Positions 25,501-47,400 of a stretch of DNA of 64,000 nt are shown here, piece after piece. The translations under genes and the position numbers were made by a program. The stretch is from Paraspadella gotoi (taxonomy: Eukaryota > Animalia > Chaetognatha), in the NCBI GenBank assembly GCA_051294375.1, contig CM119271.1, positions 8,423,788-8,487,787 of the forward strand. Direction: 5' to 3'. The notes beneath the pieces are model-generated. The model was not told where the DNA came from. It ran no database searches and was given only the letters and a program-made list of their open reading frames with translations. The first letter of the stretch is position 1, and every line of letters begins with the position of its first letter.

Positions 25501-28500
25501 GTTTATAATGATCGTGTTGGAAATTGTAGAGTTGTTGTTGGTAATATACGTATGACTGTTGTCAATAAAGGTGCAAGCGTTCGAATTGCTCAACTTATCC
25601 CCGACTTCGTACATCTTTTTCCACTTCCTTTTCGGCTTCGCCTCCGCCTCCTCATCCGCGCGCCGCTTTCGCTCCTCCTTTCGTTTATTCTTCTTCGCCG
25701 ATGTTTTGATTTCTGACGATTCGACATCGTCCATCGGCGGCGCCGTCTGCGTCCTCGAGGTATTTGAGGAATAATTTCCGACTCCTTTCGCGTTTCCCGA
25801 GCAGTTGATCTCGATCCCGTTTGTCGAGTCGACTTTGATTTCGATCGGAGCCGAGTTATTTTCCTTGGCTCCTCGAGAGCACGCCGAAGAACCCGCTCCA
25901 GCGCCGAGTTGATTTGGCACAGTGGATTCCCCAGTGGGTACAACCGCCTCAAGAATCGAGTCCGGGTCGAACCAGTCATCGAACTGTTGCGGCATCGGCG
26001 CCGTCCCGAAGTCGCTCAAGCCGGTCGAGTCGAGAGAGTCGGAGAGGTTTGCCGAAATAGAGAGGATCGTTGAGTTATGCCGGGAAGATTTAGGGGACAG
26101 AATTTTGGAATCCTGCTGAGCTACGTTCTCGTTGTTTGTCAGTGTAACCAATATAGATTGATCTTCGGAAGTACACGTTATCCTCTCGACGCCGACGGTG
26201 GCAAGAAGCGGATCCCTCGAGGGACAGTTTTCAATTTGTGAATTATCATTCGAGGAGGGAAACTCTCGGGCTAAATTATTAGGGGCAAAATTGAGAAACT
26301 CCCTGCCCGGATATTTCGTCGGGATTGGCTCTGAGGGAATGGAACCAATTTGCGTATTTTCGGGTTCCAGCTTTACATTTTGATCGGGGATGGTGACAGA
26401 GATCGCGGCCGACATCGCCATTGGCAGACTAGCGACTTTTGGGCTATAATTTTCTAAAACTTCCGCCCTCGTATCAGTTTCTTTTAGCTCGGGGAGGTCT
26501 CGATCGATGTGATTTGCGATCCCGGTAGAGCGTTCCGAGGGGGCTGGTCCAAAAAGTGCGGGTAAAAAAAATTGACGTGTTTTTTAAATTATAAGTATAA
26601 CCTAATTTAAAGTGAAAACTAGATATTTTTAATTTACTTTTTTTATAAATAAACCGTCAATTTTTTTGGAGCGTGCGCAACTTTTCTGGTCTATTTACGT
26701 ACCTTCATCTTTTTCGACTTGGACGCAATCGAATGCCCGGTAATTTTCCAGCGTTTCATTTTCCTCCAACGGTTTGAAAGATACGTGCTTGATCGCCTCC
26801 GCCAACGCCTCTTCCATGTTTTCAGGCTTCGGCTCTGAAGCGCCCGCTCGGCGGCGGCGCCCCAGACCGCAGAACGATCTCTCTTTGAGCGCCTGATTGT
26901 AGACGTCGTCTTCTTGTTTCGGGTTACATTTTGCGAAGATCGTCTTTTTAGTATGCTTCACTAGCGTGGATTTGTAAACGACGGTAAACTTTGATGCGAG
27001 TTCATTGAAGCGTTCGATGGTAGCTCCGGAGAAGGCATACCACGGCACATTCCCTTCCTTTCTTGTCGGCAATGTCCACTTGCAGTACTTACTCGCCATG
27101 ACGATGCATAAGCAAGCGATGACCGCGGGCTCTGCCTGGAGGCAGAACGTGGTGAGAATATTGAGATCGGTGGCCATAAAGTAAGCTGTCTGCATGACCC
27201 TCTTGGGAGCCTTCAGCTCCAAGGCGCATTTCCTGACAATAATCTTGTGTGGAAGTTCCACGTCAAGGTCAAAAGCAAGAGTCTGAAGGAGGATTGTCTC
27301 AGAGACAAGAACTGCACACTCGATCTTTTTGTACTCCTCCGAGTCGGGCTGTACCTCGCCGAGTCGGTCGTTAAATCTGATCACAAAGATAAGGGTAGAC
27401 AACTTTCTGGGCTCTTCCTCTACTTTGGCGGCTAAAAACAACGACGCCCACGCAATCGGTACAAAGTTCAAGGCGCCGGTCTCTTCTGTATTCCTTTGTT
27501 TCGCCATGGCTTGCAGCATATAGAACCTATGCATATAGACAATGGCGGTATTTATGCATACGATGGGTAGGCTGAGGTCATGGCCCAGTTTTTGGATGTA
27601 CATGGCGGCGACTTGTCGGTAGTTTTGTTCGTCGGCTGGCGTCCAACTTCGCCGCTGGCTCGGCGTCGACGCTAACTCTTCCGGCGTGAATATCCATCTC
27701 AAACCCATCGTTGTTTAAAACTTGGCGATCTTCGTTCAATTTTGGTAGACAGGAAAAACAATAGTTTTGGGTTTTGTTTTTTTTTTTTATAAAAAAAATC
27801 TTGTCGAGGAGAATTTCGCGAAAAAGACTGAAAAATTACTGAAGCGACTTTTTTGGGTTCGACGGATGCGAAGACGACGAGAACGACTACAATTGCCATT
27901 ATATTTTCTGTTCTTAGCGGTCAAAAAACGATCCGAACAATGGCCCACCTTTTGTAGTTGGAAGCGAGTTTGCACCGAATGACTTTGATTTGAGGTCAAC
28001 GACGAAAAATAAATTCAATAGAAAAGATATTGACTGACTGACAAGGGGATTATCTAATGGGGCCCATCGGGCTACGTCTGTTAATATATAGACAGAAACT
28101 GTTTTTCATAATTTAAATATAATTTCATTACTTTGAGGTCGTATGTCATAATCATTTGAAACAATATACTATTTTATTCGATTGATGCAGAATCCGAACC
28201 TTACCTCATGCTTCGCTATAGTGGCGTCGTGGTGCGAAGACTTTAATTTCGCCGATCGCGAAAGCAGACCGGACATTTTAAATCTTCTCACGCCGATGCC
28301 GACGTGGGAAGCCCCGTCTCTGGTTAAACTTCCCGAGGTAAGAAAGAGTTCCGAATGTCGAAGCCTCGATCCGAATCGATTTTGCCGATTAACGCATTTT
28401 TCTTTTTCTTTTCTTTTCTTTTCTTTTTCTTTTCTTTTTCTTTTTCTCATTTTCCTCTTCTCATTTTCCTCAGCGATACGACGAGATATTCCGCTACTAT

Positions 28501-29314
28501 CGTTCCGCCCCATGCGACCTGTGCCTAACCGTGCCGAGAGAGCCAGCCTTTTGCCTCATGTGCAAAAAAATTTGCTGCTTCAAGTCGAGCACCTGCTGCG
28601 TGATAGAAGGGAGGCGCGAGTGCACCGTTCACAGCGTCCAATGCGGTGGAGGCACGGGTAAGTCTAGTTCTTTATGAATTAGCCAAGAATTCGGCATCGA
28701 TGTATTAATGTCTCCCAACTCTCTCGTCCTTCCTTTAGGAATCTTCCTGGCCGTCAATTCTTCCGTGGTCGTCATCATTAGCGGGAAACGGGTCGCCCTC
28801 TGGGGATCGCTCTATCTCGACTCACACGGCGAAGAGGATCGTGACCTCAAGCGCGGTCGTCCGCTCTTTCTTAGGTTTCGATTTGTGGAGGAGATTTCAT
28901 GTGGGGAGAAAGAAGGGTTTGTGGCGGGATATTCACACATTCAGTTAATGGGGAACGCACCATCCCAAGCGTTACGTCCCATCTACTTCCCTCTGTATTG
29001 GCAATGCGAGACCGTCCGAGGGTAACCGCGTCAGTGAGAGAAGGCGTCACTGAGGGTCTGTAGCCACTAAAGTCAACAGTGAGATACCCCGCCCCTATGG
29101 GCATCACAGACAGCCCGGCTGTTGCCATAGGATTACCCTTTATTGTGAAATTGTTATTTGCGCTCTCAAATATATGAGATTTTAAGAAAAATATATTTTG
29201 TGTACGTACGTAAAAAAAAAGGGTTAAATTTGATTCCGACTGATTTTTATAAGATATCTATCTTTTTTAATAAAAAAAACATCTTTTTTTTGTTTTTGCA
29301 AATTTGCAAGCACT

Positions 29315-29350
<36 letters not shown>

Positions 29351-30189
29351 CTGAAAAGAAAACAGAGCAAACAAATAATTGCGGGAATGGTTGCAAAAAT
29401 AACTTATGTCAACAATAAACGAGAACAAATAAGGGGAAGATAAAAATGAAAATGAAAAAGAAGAGATCGGGAGACAAAGTCAAGCAACTCCGTCCACATG
29501 AGACGGCAACTCAATCACGGGACTTCGGGAAGCGAGCAGGTCCCCGTTCTCGCGCTGAAGGCAGACAGAAAGTCTCTAAAAAAGTGCTTAGACGTTTTGC
29601 CGATATCTAAGCCTGCATTCGTTGCTTGGAGTTTGGCGAAATCTTTTAAGTTTGAGAAAGCATCCAGGTCCCATGCCCCGAAGGTAGTAACAACCAGAGG
29701 GATGAAGCCAACGTCGGCCGGCAGTTTGCCTTCGTACTTAGCATGTTTGGCCTGGCGAGCTCGTTCCAGGGCATAGGTGGGGTTGAGGATGGTATGACCA
29801 AAACAGTCCTGGCGAAGGGGAGAGGTGACAGTAACATCAAAGGCTGTGGTGGTCTTGTTCCGACATCTTTTCCAACCACGGATTGTGAAATCCCCTGGTC
29901 TAGAGGCATCATCCGCCAGGTTCCTTTCTTCTTTGGTGGGCGCAAGTAGGGCTGCACTTATTGATCGATTAAAAAAAAAAGAGAAATTAGCATATAGGGG
30001 ACTAATTGGTACTGTAGTTCTGAATTCTTAAAAAAAAAAAGTTTTAAAGATTTGCTAAATTTGTTTATAACTCTTATAACATTTTTCTCCCTCAGCCACG
30101 AGAGGTACAAGCTTCTTCACCGCCAGTGGCTCATGCACGCCTTCAATCAAACCGTCAAGAAGTGGGGTTGGCACAACGATCGGCTCTGA
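16554..30189 (+). CDS. UBR3: E3 ubiquitin ligase UBR3 (UBR box, RING-H2, C-terminal domain); about 23 exons
   Basis: UBR box [55 protein letters not shown]; [15 protein letters not shown]; RING CCIC...[11 protein letters not shown]...CPLCRQ; C-terminal [24 protein letters not shown]. The final exon 30096-30189 ends WGWHNDRL*. Confidence 0.95.
21537..21568 (-). other. Primer-binding-site-like sequence: 3' about 32 nt of tRNA-Gly including CCA
   Basis: The + strand CGGCCCGAGTTCGATTCCCGGACGATGCACCA matches the 3' end of eukaryotic tRNA-Gly(GCC) plus CCA. No 5' half or A box is present upstream. It sits 2 nt from the element at 21571. Confidence 0.7.
21571..21858. mobile_element. Palindromic LTR-like/MITE element with about 110-bp inverted arms, in a UBR3 intron
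   Basis: Begins TGAAAAGACCCC and ends GGGGTCTTTTCA. Arms 21571-21680 and 21750-21858 are imperfect reverse complements around an AT-rich spacer. Confidence 0.85.
22496..22570 (+). mobile_element. Helentron/HINE-like terminal remnant
   Basis: T-run, then hairpin ATCTCGC...GCGAGAT, then (GTC)n. This is the layout of DINE-1-like non-autonomous elements. Confidence 0.4.
25450..27708 (-). CDS. Cyclin T-like protein nested antisense in UBR3 intron 25261-28190; exons 27708-26703 and 26543-25450
   Basis: [71 protein letters not shown] and QTAYFMAT. The 159-nt GT-AG intron joins the two ORFs in frame. Confidence 0.9.
28920..29129 (+). mobile_element. 210-bp TGTGGCG...GTTGCCATA element, a diverged relative of family A without the tRNA-like cassette
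   Basis: Same termini and the GGCATCACAGA subterminal motif as 1881-2150. Flanks GGTT/GGAT form a 4-bp duplication with one mismatch. Confidence 0.7.
29317..29953 (-). mobile_element. 5'-truncated CRE-type non-LTR retrotransposon (restriction-like endonuclease C-terminus, 3' UTR and poly(A))
   Basis: Minus-strand translation gives [10 protein letters not shown]...[10 protein letters not shown]...AKHAKY...[12 protein letters not shown]...[10 protein letters not shown] with one frameshift. Poly(T) at 29317-29350. Target duplication GCACTTA at 29310-29316 and 29954-29960. Confidence 0.85.
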
Positions 30190-31246
30190 CCGAGTGGAGG
30201 AAATCCGAATCTTGTCAATTTTCCCGCGCGTCGCTTTCGACTGTTGTTCGTCGCTTTAATCTCAAATTCGAAGGCGTGATCGACGACTTCCGTTGGAGCG
30301 AGATACGCTATTTATTTATTTTTTAGTTCTTTTTATATGAGGAAAAAAAAAAAGAATGGTTTTGTGAGAAATTGTCGACGGGCATCGACTGTTTGCTCGC
30401 GAGGCTCGTATTCGCTTTGCTTCCGTGTCTCTAAAAGGAAAATATTCGCTAACACATTTTGTCGTATCGACGTTTTTATTTAATACTGTGGAATAATTCA
30501 ATAAAAAAATTTTTTTATCAAGATCAATGTTTTCTCGGAACTTTCTTTTTTTCAATAATGTATAGGATTCAGCAAACTAATCCGTGTTTTAAACTCCCGA
30601 GCTATATTTTATAGGTTCATTCTGATCCGTTATATTAACTAGTCTCTTCGGAAATTCCAAATTGTTTAACTCTTAATGTTCTGACATTCTCGTTGTAAAA
30701 ATTTGGTCGCTCTTTAAGGTATTGCCAATGAGTTGAAATCGCATGATCAGACAATCGGGAATGATTTGCTGATAATATTGGTGAAGGCTTAACGTTGGTC
30801 AATTCTTCACAATTCAAAATTTCTAAAATTAAAAAAAAATGCTTAACGGTTTTATCAATACATAATATAAAAAAGATTTGACCGACTTTTTCTATCCAAC
30901 AGTATTTTTTTTTTTCGTTGTCAGATTCGGTAATCTCTAGATTATCTAGCTTGCAATAGTCTGACTATGGCGTTCTGCTTGCATAGGTTTAGCATAGGTA
31001 CCACCGGTCGGTGCTTTGTTAATCCATTTGTTTTCCCTCTAGCGTCGAGTCTCATTTTGCGCAATAATATAATCTTTCAAAAAATATAAAAATACAAAAA
31101 TAAAAAATAGTGAAACAAGTAATTTGAAAATTTTCATACATTATTTTTTGTTCAGTAATACAAATTTTATAATAAATAATAATTGTTTTAAATTTATTTT
31201 AATTGCTATTTTTGTTTCAGGTAGAAATTGAATTGTTTGTTTACGT

Positions 31247-31477
31247 ACGAGTTTTATAAAGAAACAAATTTTGGACATATATAAGCTTCAATGTAAGCCT
31301 TCATCAGCGCTAAAACAAATTGATTTGTGAAACAAATATTTTTACTCTTTTTCTCTCACTTCAAACTTTTCACAAAGTCTGTGAAAATATTTTTTTACAA
31401 ATCAATTCGTTTTTGCGCTGATGGTTTACATTGAAGCCGAAAAATGTCCAAAATTTATGTTTCTTAATAAAATTCAT
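31247..31477. mobile_element. AT-rich fold-back/MITE-like inverted repeat
   Basis: Arms 31247-31345 and 31381-31477 are imperfect reverse complements. No clear target duplication. Confidence 0.7.
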
Positions 31478-31912
31478 GGTCATGGATTAGGGGTGGTTAG
31501 GAATTTATAAGAAGTTTTTTTCCCTTACCAGTGTCTTTTTTATTATTTTTAGAAAGATTTCTATATAAGAAGCGAAAAAAAAATAACCGACCGCAAAATC
31601 CCGCAAAATAAGCCTTTGAATTTTTAATTCGATAAATAATATTCTGGAGAGCTTGCTACTTTTTAAGTTGTTGAGATAGGCGGAAGTTCACACCACAAGA
31701 AAAAAACAGTCGGCTGCTTATTCGTGAAAATTAAGAGGCAAGCAACAGCTGATTACATTTATTACTAAATTCCCTCAGTTTAAAAAATAAAAGCAAGTAG
31801 AAAAAATAAAAGTATATTTTTGAAAGCAATAATTAAAAACGGGGTAAAAATAAATCACATGTACAATAGACAAAATGCGTTACAAATTGAAGGCTTCCGA
31901 GGGACGCTCCGT

Positions 31913-33998
31913 TCAACAAGAGGCTTGGGGCTCGCTCTTAACTTGCTGCGCCGAATTCTCCGACGTCCCACCGACGGACGAGACGGAGTATTCCATCGAG
32001 GCGACGTCGCTCGACATCTGCGCGGAAATCATCTGCAGCGGATGCGGGTAAGGATAAAACATTTCCGTTCCGACCTGACCCGGCGCCGCCAGCATAGCCC
32101 GACCCTCGCAGTGATGGAACATCGGCCGGGGAAAGAAAGACGCCGACACGAAAGGCGACGCCAGCGGAAACGTCGGCGTCATGCACTCGACGCCGTGAAA
32201 CGCAGGCAGCGCCGGCGAGTGGGGGCCCGCCGAGAGCGGCGACGTCGCGGCAGAGGGCGCGCCGCAGCTGCTGCCGTCGTGGCTGTCGCAACACGACATC
32301 GACGAACTGTATCCCGAGGCGTCCATGGCGGACGGCGGGAAGAGAAAGACGCTGGGCGCGGTCGGTTGGCCGGATTCATCGTTTATCGCGGTCGGCGTGT
32401 AGACGTAAACGCCCGATGGGCCGGAGTCGTAAGGGGCGCTAGATGGATAAATGAAAACGCCAGGGGCCGTCGATTGGCCGGCGTTCTCCATGAATCTCGA
32501 CGAGGATGACGACGCCCGATCTGAAGGAGTGACTTCCGTGGCCTCGACAGGCGCGGCGACGGGTGTACCAGGAGGAAAGAACGCACCTGTAGGAAAAGCC
32601 ATCGGCGAGTAGGGCATTTGTGGGCAGTGGGGAAATTGAGCCATGTGGGGCGCCATTGGCGCGCAAGGATGGGGAAAATAGGGAATGTAGGGTGAATGTA
32701 AGGGAAACGAAGGGGAAGGGTAAGGAAAAGGCGGACAATGAATGCAGGGTGACGCCACCGACGCAGTTTCGTGAGTAGAGGCGGGTCGGGCCTCAGGCGG
32801 CTGCAGAGTCGGTTGCGTCGTCTCTGCGGCGGCTTCCTCTGGCGGTGGCAGCACCAGCGGCGGCGGCACGGGTTTCGTGCGGACTTCGCTTTTTTTAACG
32901 AAGGTAGCAGGGACGATCTTTCCGCGGGAAGGCTCGTCGGCGATCGAGGCGAGTTTGACTTCGACAAGCTTGTCCATGACCTGATGAGAAGTTTTTAAGT
33001 CAGCAACTGCGATAACTTTTATAAAAACGGAAAACAACCACGTTAATTCTCAAAGTTTATATCCATACCATTATTCCATTTGACGGCGACATCAGAAATT
33101 TAAACATCCGTTCTTGGACCGACCTGGTGGTAATTGATGCGGCAGACTTCGTCGGCGGCGGACGGATCTACGAAGGTGACGAAGGCAAAGCCACGGTGGC
33201 GGTGTGGAGGAGGCGTGGAGTGGTCGAACATGATTTTGACCTGGGGGAATGGAGAAAATATTTAAAAATAATTTGCATATTGGATATAACGTTTGTTAGT
33301 TTGTTTTTTGTCATAACGGTCTCAAAAATGGAGACCGATAATTAAAAATCATGTCAATTTTTCTCGAAACTTTTTTGTCTTTGGGCTTAGTTTTGTTTAC
33401 CCTTTAAATCATTAAATCAAAGGATTTAGTTTGCTTTCTTAAACAGACGAAGCATTCGGCGGGATTTATTAAGATTTAAGAGTATCATTAAACCGTAATA
33501 GTTTATAAATATAATATCAATTGCTTTCGGTGTCCAAAAAAAAAAGATCCGAAAAAAATTTCAAACCCCCTCTCCAACCTCCATCACGGGCCCGAACTTG
33601 GCGAAGAAAAACTCGAGATAGTCTTCAGTAACGAGTTGCGACAATCCGCCTACGAAGACTTTCCGCGATCCGAGCCCGCGGTCCTTGGTGAGGTGCTTGG
33701 GCACGGCCGTCTTGATGTCGAGCGTCTTGCCCTTGAGATTGTGTGGCCCCGAGGTAAGCACGCGATCCGTGGCCGAGGCGTCGACGAAGATGACGAAGCC
33801 GAAGCCCCGGCTACGGCCCGTGAGGGCGTCCATCTTGATGAAGGACTCCTTGACGGTACCGAATTGGCGGAAGTAGGACTGGAGATCCGCGGCTACGGTG
33901 TCTTGGCTGAGACCGCCGAGGAAGAGCTTTCCCGTCTTGACGGAGCCGCTGGGAGGCGAAGGGGTTTTTGGGGGTTTTTCTTGTTTGGAGTTCTCCAT
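31913..33998 (-). CDS. Musashi/hnRNP-A-like two-RRM RNA-binding protein with Pro/Ser-rich tail; 3 exons
   Basis: RRM1 KLFLGGLSQDT...GRSRGFGFVIF. RRM2 is assembled as KVFVGGLS...VKIMFD...RHRGFAFVTF...VCRINYHQ|VMDKLVEVKLA, which follows the Musashi RRM2 pattern. Confidence 0.85.
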
Positions 33999-34480
33999 TG
34001 TGAGACGGTGTTAATGACTTGAAAATCGTCGGGGTAAGAAAATATTTTATCGAAAAGCGAAACGTAGATTTTTTTGGTTTTTTTTTAATATATCATTCGA
34101 AAAAATAAAAATATTTTCGTGATGCGTATCGCGGGATTTGAGAAGATAATGATAAACGTGAGATCCAAAGAATGCCGACTTCGATGAAAAGGTCGTCTTC
34201 GTTCACAGTGACTGGTTTCACTATTGAAAATTGACCCGTGGGCCTCTGGTGGTCAGAGGGAGGGAGAGAGAAAGAGAGAGAGTCCCTGACCGAAAATCCA
34301 AACCGAAGCTACGAGAACGAACTGACTCTATCTGACCTCACCCTTCACTCAGCGAAGCCGCCTCTCAATACGAATCCAAGAAATAATCGAACTTCGGTTT
34401 TGTATTTACCCCGTCGGGAAAATCGAACCGATAACAATAACAACAACGAAAACATCAGAAAAAAAACAAACAAAAAACAC

Positions 34481-43770
<9,290 letters not shown>

Positions 43771-44445
43771 GACGAAGATCAAGAAAGCAAGAAAAGTGAG
43801 GTACTATGAGCGCAATGTTTATAGCTTAAAACGGTAAAGGGCGTACGCATAAGGCAGATTTAAAATATTTTAAAAATTAACTATGACTGCAGACAGTTTT
43901 GATTAGCGCCAACTGGGATTTTAACGTAAAGCTCGCTACTTGACTTCCATTATTTCAAAGGAATTTACAGCTCTACGAAGCGATGTCATGGTTACTGGCT
44001 TACTGCTAATGTGACACATACCCTCACTGCTTACAAAAATGTTGGCTGATATTGGTATCTGTTAAAAGCTTAGCTTTTGTAAAATTAAGTAATGCGTGGA
44101 TAAAAAAATCCAATTTTGTTATAGTTGAGACTATCTCGGTACAGCCAAATAAAAATCTAAACTAAAAATGCATTTTTTATTTTCCTTATAAAAATAACAG
44201 ACGTCATAGATTATCAGAATGGTTCATGTGACAAAAATTAAAAAGACGATTTTTTTTATAATAAAAACAACCGAACAGCCGACGAGGATCAGAGAAAGTT
44301 ATGTTATAATTAACGAGGTTCAATTCGAAGTCTAACAAGTCAGGGCCACACGCAAGCGGTTCATCCAAAATATGGATATGTTCGCGACGTGAGGATACGA
44401 ATTGTGGGCAGAGAACTTCCTTTAAAATTAGGATCAAACTCGGCG

Positions 44446-47400
44446 TCAACTGAGATTGGAGACGAGAGTGATGTCGCAGGAGGTGACTTCGAAGGTCTCA
44501 GTAGCGAAGGTGGTGGAGACTTCGGTGAAGTCGCTCGTCCGGGGAGACGAAACGGCCGAGGATTGATTCGAGTCCGTCGCCTGCGCCGATTGGTACGAGG
44601 AGGGCGTATCGGCGTCCTTACGCGGGCCCGGGGGGAGGGGGGGGTTTCAGATATTTAAATAAATTATAAAAAAATTGCGGAAAAGTTATTGAGACAGTCG
44701 ATAGCGTCATTTAATTTACCCTCTCCACGTCAATCGTCGGAGTCCGATGATTCGTCGTCAGCGGCGATGACGAAGACGACGGCTTACGAATTTTTTCCAA
44801 CTCTCCATCGAATTCCGGAAGCGAAATCAACCGCGTCGTCGTAGTCATCGGATGCACAGCCTTCAATGCCTTCGTCGGCGACGGCGACGTTATAGAAGAC
44901 GACGGCGACCGAGTCTCGACTTTGACGACTTTGCAGAAGTCGCCCGTCGATCCTCCCATGTGGGAAACGCTGAAGATCTGATGCAATTGACGCTCCCTGG
45001 AGATTCGATTGGCTTCGGAGATTTTATTTCGAAGTTCTAATTCGGTTTTAACAAAATCCGGCATAGAGTTCTCTGAAATGAAAAGGCAATATATCATTCA
45101 AATCAATCAATCAATCAATCCAATAAAAACACAATCTCATTTTAAAGCCAAAGCAGGGAAACCACTCGGCTCTCTCACCCGGCGAAGAAGCGTCCGTCAG
45201 CATCCTAGAAAAGTTGAAGACGTTCTCTTTTCCAGTAACGAAAGACGGAAAGACTCCGCCAGACTCTGTCGCCGACTTGACCGCCGCAGTATGGTCTGAA
45301 AAATATAGAAATAAATCGGTGAAGAGAAGAGAATCGAAAAGACAATCGGAAAGCCTCACTTCTGATTTGATTGATGAGGCTCGCGAAGGGCGCCGGAGTT
45401 TTGACCGAGACGGCGGTTGACGTCGAGGGTGACGCAAGCGCCGGGGATTGAGCGCCGGAGGACGGTGTCTGGAGGGGGAGGGTTAGAAAATGTGTGAACG
45501 AAATAATAGAGACAAGTGAAATTAGCGATTAGCGATTAGCGATAAACAATAAAAGAAAAAAAAAAAAACAAATGGAAGTGGACCGACGCCTCCTCACCTT
45601 TTTCTTGATGACGGCCTCGGCCACCATCAACCTCTGTCGCAGCGCCGTCTTCTCTCGTTCGGCGTCTTCCGTCGCAAGGACGAGATCTCGCCGTTTCGCG
45701 TCTTTCGCCTCTTTTTCCATCTTCAACTCCTTGCTCAACAACTCCATCTTTTCCCGCAGCTCGTCGATTACGTCCTCTTGCGTCTGGAATAATAATTATT
45801 GAAACAAAAGACATTCGTATATATATATATATATGCTTAAGCTAAAAAAACTCACCCTGATTTCCTTGTTCAGTCTCTCAATCTCCTCCTGGTCGAGCTT
45901 GTTATGCTTGCTGCTCGGCGGCGTCGCCAACACGAAGGAAGTGTTGACCTCGACGTCTGCAAGATTGCGCCGACTCACCGTCGATGTCATTCGGCCGTTG
46001 GAGGGCGTGGCGTGAAGGTCCGAAGAGGAAAGACCAGGAAGCTGACTGAAGCTGTCGCCGACGGACACTTAAAACGGGAGACAAAAGCATTTTCTTAACT
46101 AAGAATTTATCATATAAAAAAAAAAATAAACCAACCTGATACGCAGACTTTAGGAACGTTGGGCTGGCTGAAGTCCTGATTGACGGTGACGACTCGATCC
46201 TCCGACGGACTGATTTGCTTGGATCGATTCTGCGCCGCCAGAGGAGGCGGCGTCGCGCAGACGTCATCGTAAGGGAGGCCGGCGCGGGCGAGACGATCGC
46301 GGAGCACACGGACTGCGTCGCGACAGTGTCGAACTTCGTCGCGGAGCTCGCTGAGTAATGTAGAAATTTTATGTTTAATTAGAAAATATGGTAAATATGA
46401 AGGAAAATATTAAATCATTATTATACATGTTATTTTACCTTATGATTCGTCCCCTCGGGTCTTCGTTTACAGTGGCGACGTTGACAATGTTCCTAGTCGT
46501 GCTAGCGTAACGCAGTGTGCTCATCGTCGTCTCCAAATGCGCTGCAGAGGGCGACACGGTGAAGAGCATCGCCGTCTGGGCGTTGCCGCCCAAGGATTCC
46601 TATGATTGATTTGAATAATCTGATAGTATTCTTTACAACAAAAACAATAACTAAGAGCGAGAACTTACCTTTAGAAGCCAAGTGAGTACGGAGTTGCGGT
46701 AGGGAATGAAAGATTCGCGCTTTGACAGCGCCGAAATCACATGGCCCAACGTGGACAATGACTTGTTGATGCTGGCACCTTCCTGTAACCACGGGCCGAC
46801 CAAGAGATTTACGTTAATCAGAGGATAAAATTTTAAAAAAAGGAACGCTATTCTAGTACGAGAACCGGAATTAACAACTTTGTAAGAAGTAAAAGTTTAC
46901 AATGTAAAATTATAACAATTAAAATTAACTTTGGAGCACATTAATTCACGATTTTCGCCACATTGAGACAACTAAGATCATCTACTAATTTTTAAAGGAG
47001 TTGTAACTGATGCTGTACGGAATTAAACGTTACAAACTGCGAGGATTAGTCAGGAAATGACGGAGGACGTTAGTCGTTACCAATAAAGTCAGTTGATTCT
47101 GCTTGACTTCGTAAGTTTGAGTAGCCAGTCTCATGACCAGAGATCGCCTGGCCGGACTCTTCACCGCGCACTTGCACGGCGAAGCGAGGGAAGTAAGGGA
47201 GAGTCCGCACGAGGTCATCGAGCCGGACAAGGAAGTGTTAGAGGCGTGTAAACATCGAGCTAAATGACGGTTAACCGGTGGATCCTACGTGCGCGCACGC
47301 GTGAAAATTGAAAAGTAAAAGAGGCCCACAACCAAAACAAAAACGATAAAGATTGCGTAAAAGGTGTAAAAGGAGAGTGTAAGGCTTAAACCGTGTGGTG

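Noticed and set aside
31820-32998. Long + strand and alternate-frame ORFs over the RRM gene tail (similar cases at 5301-7003 and 51058-51690)
   Set aside because: Shadow ORFs of GC-rich exons with no recognisable domains.
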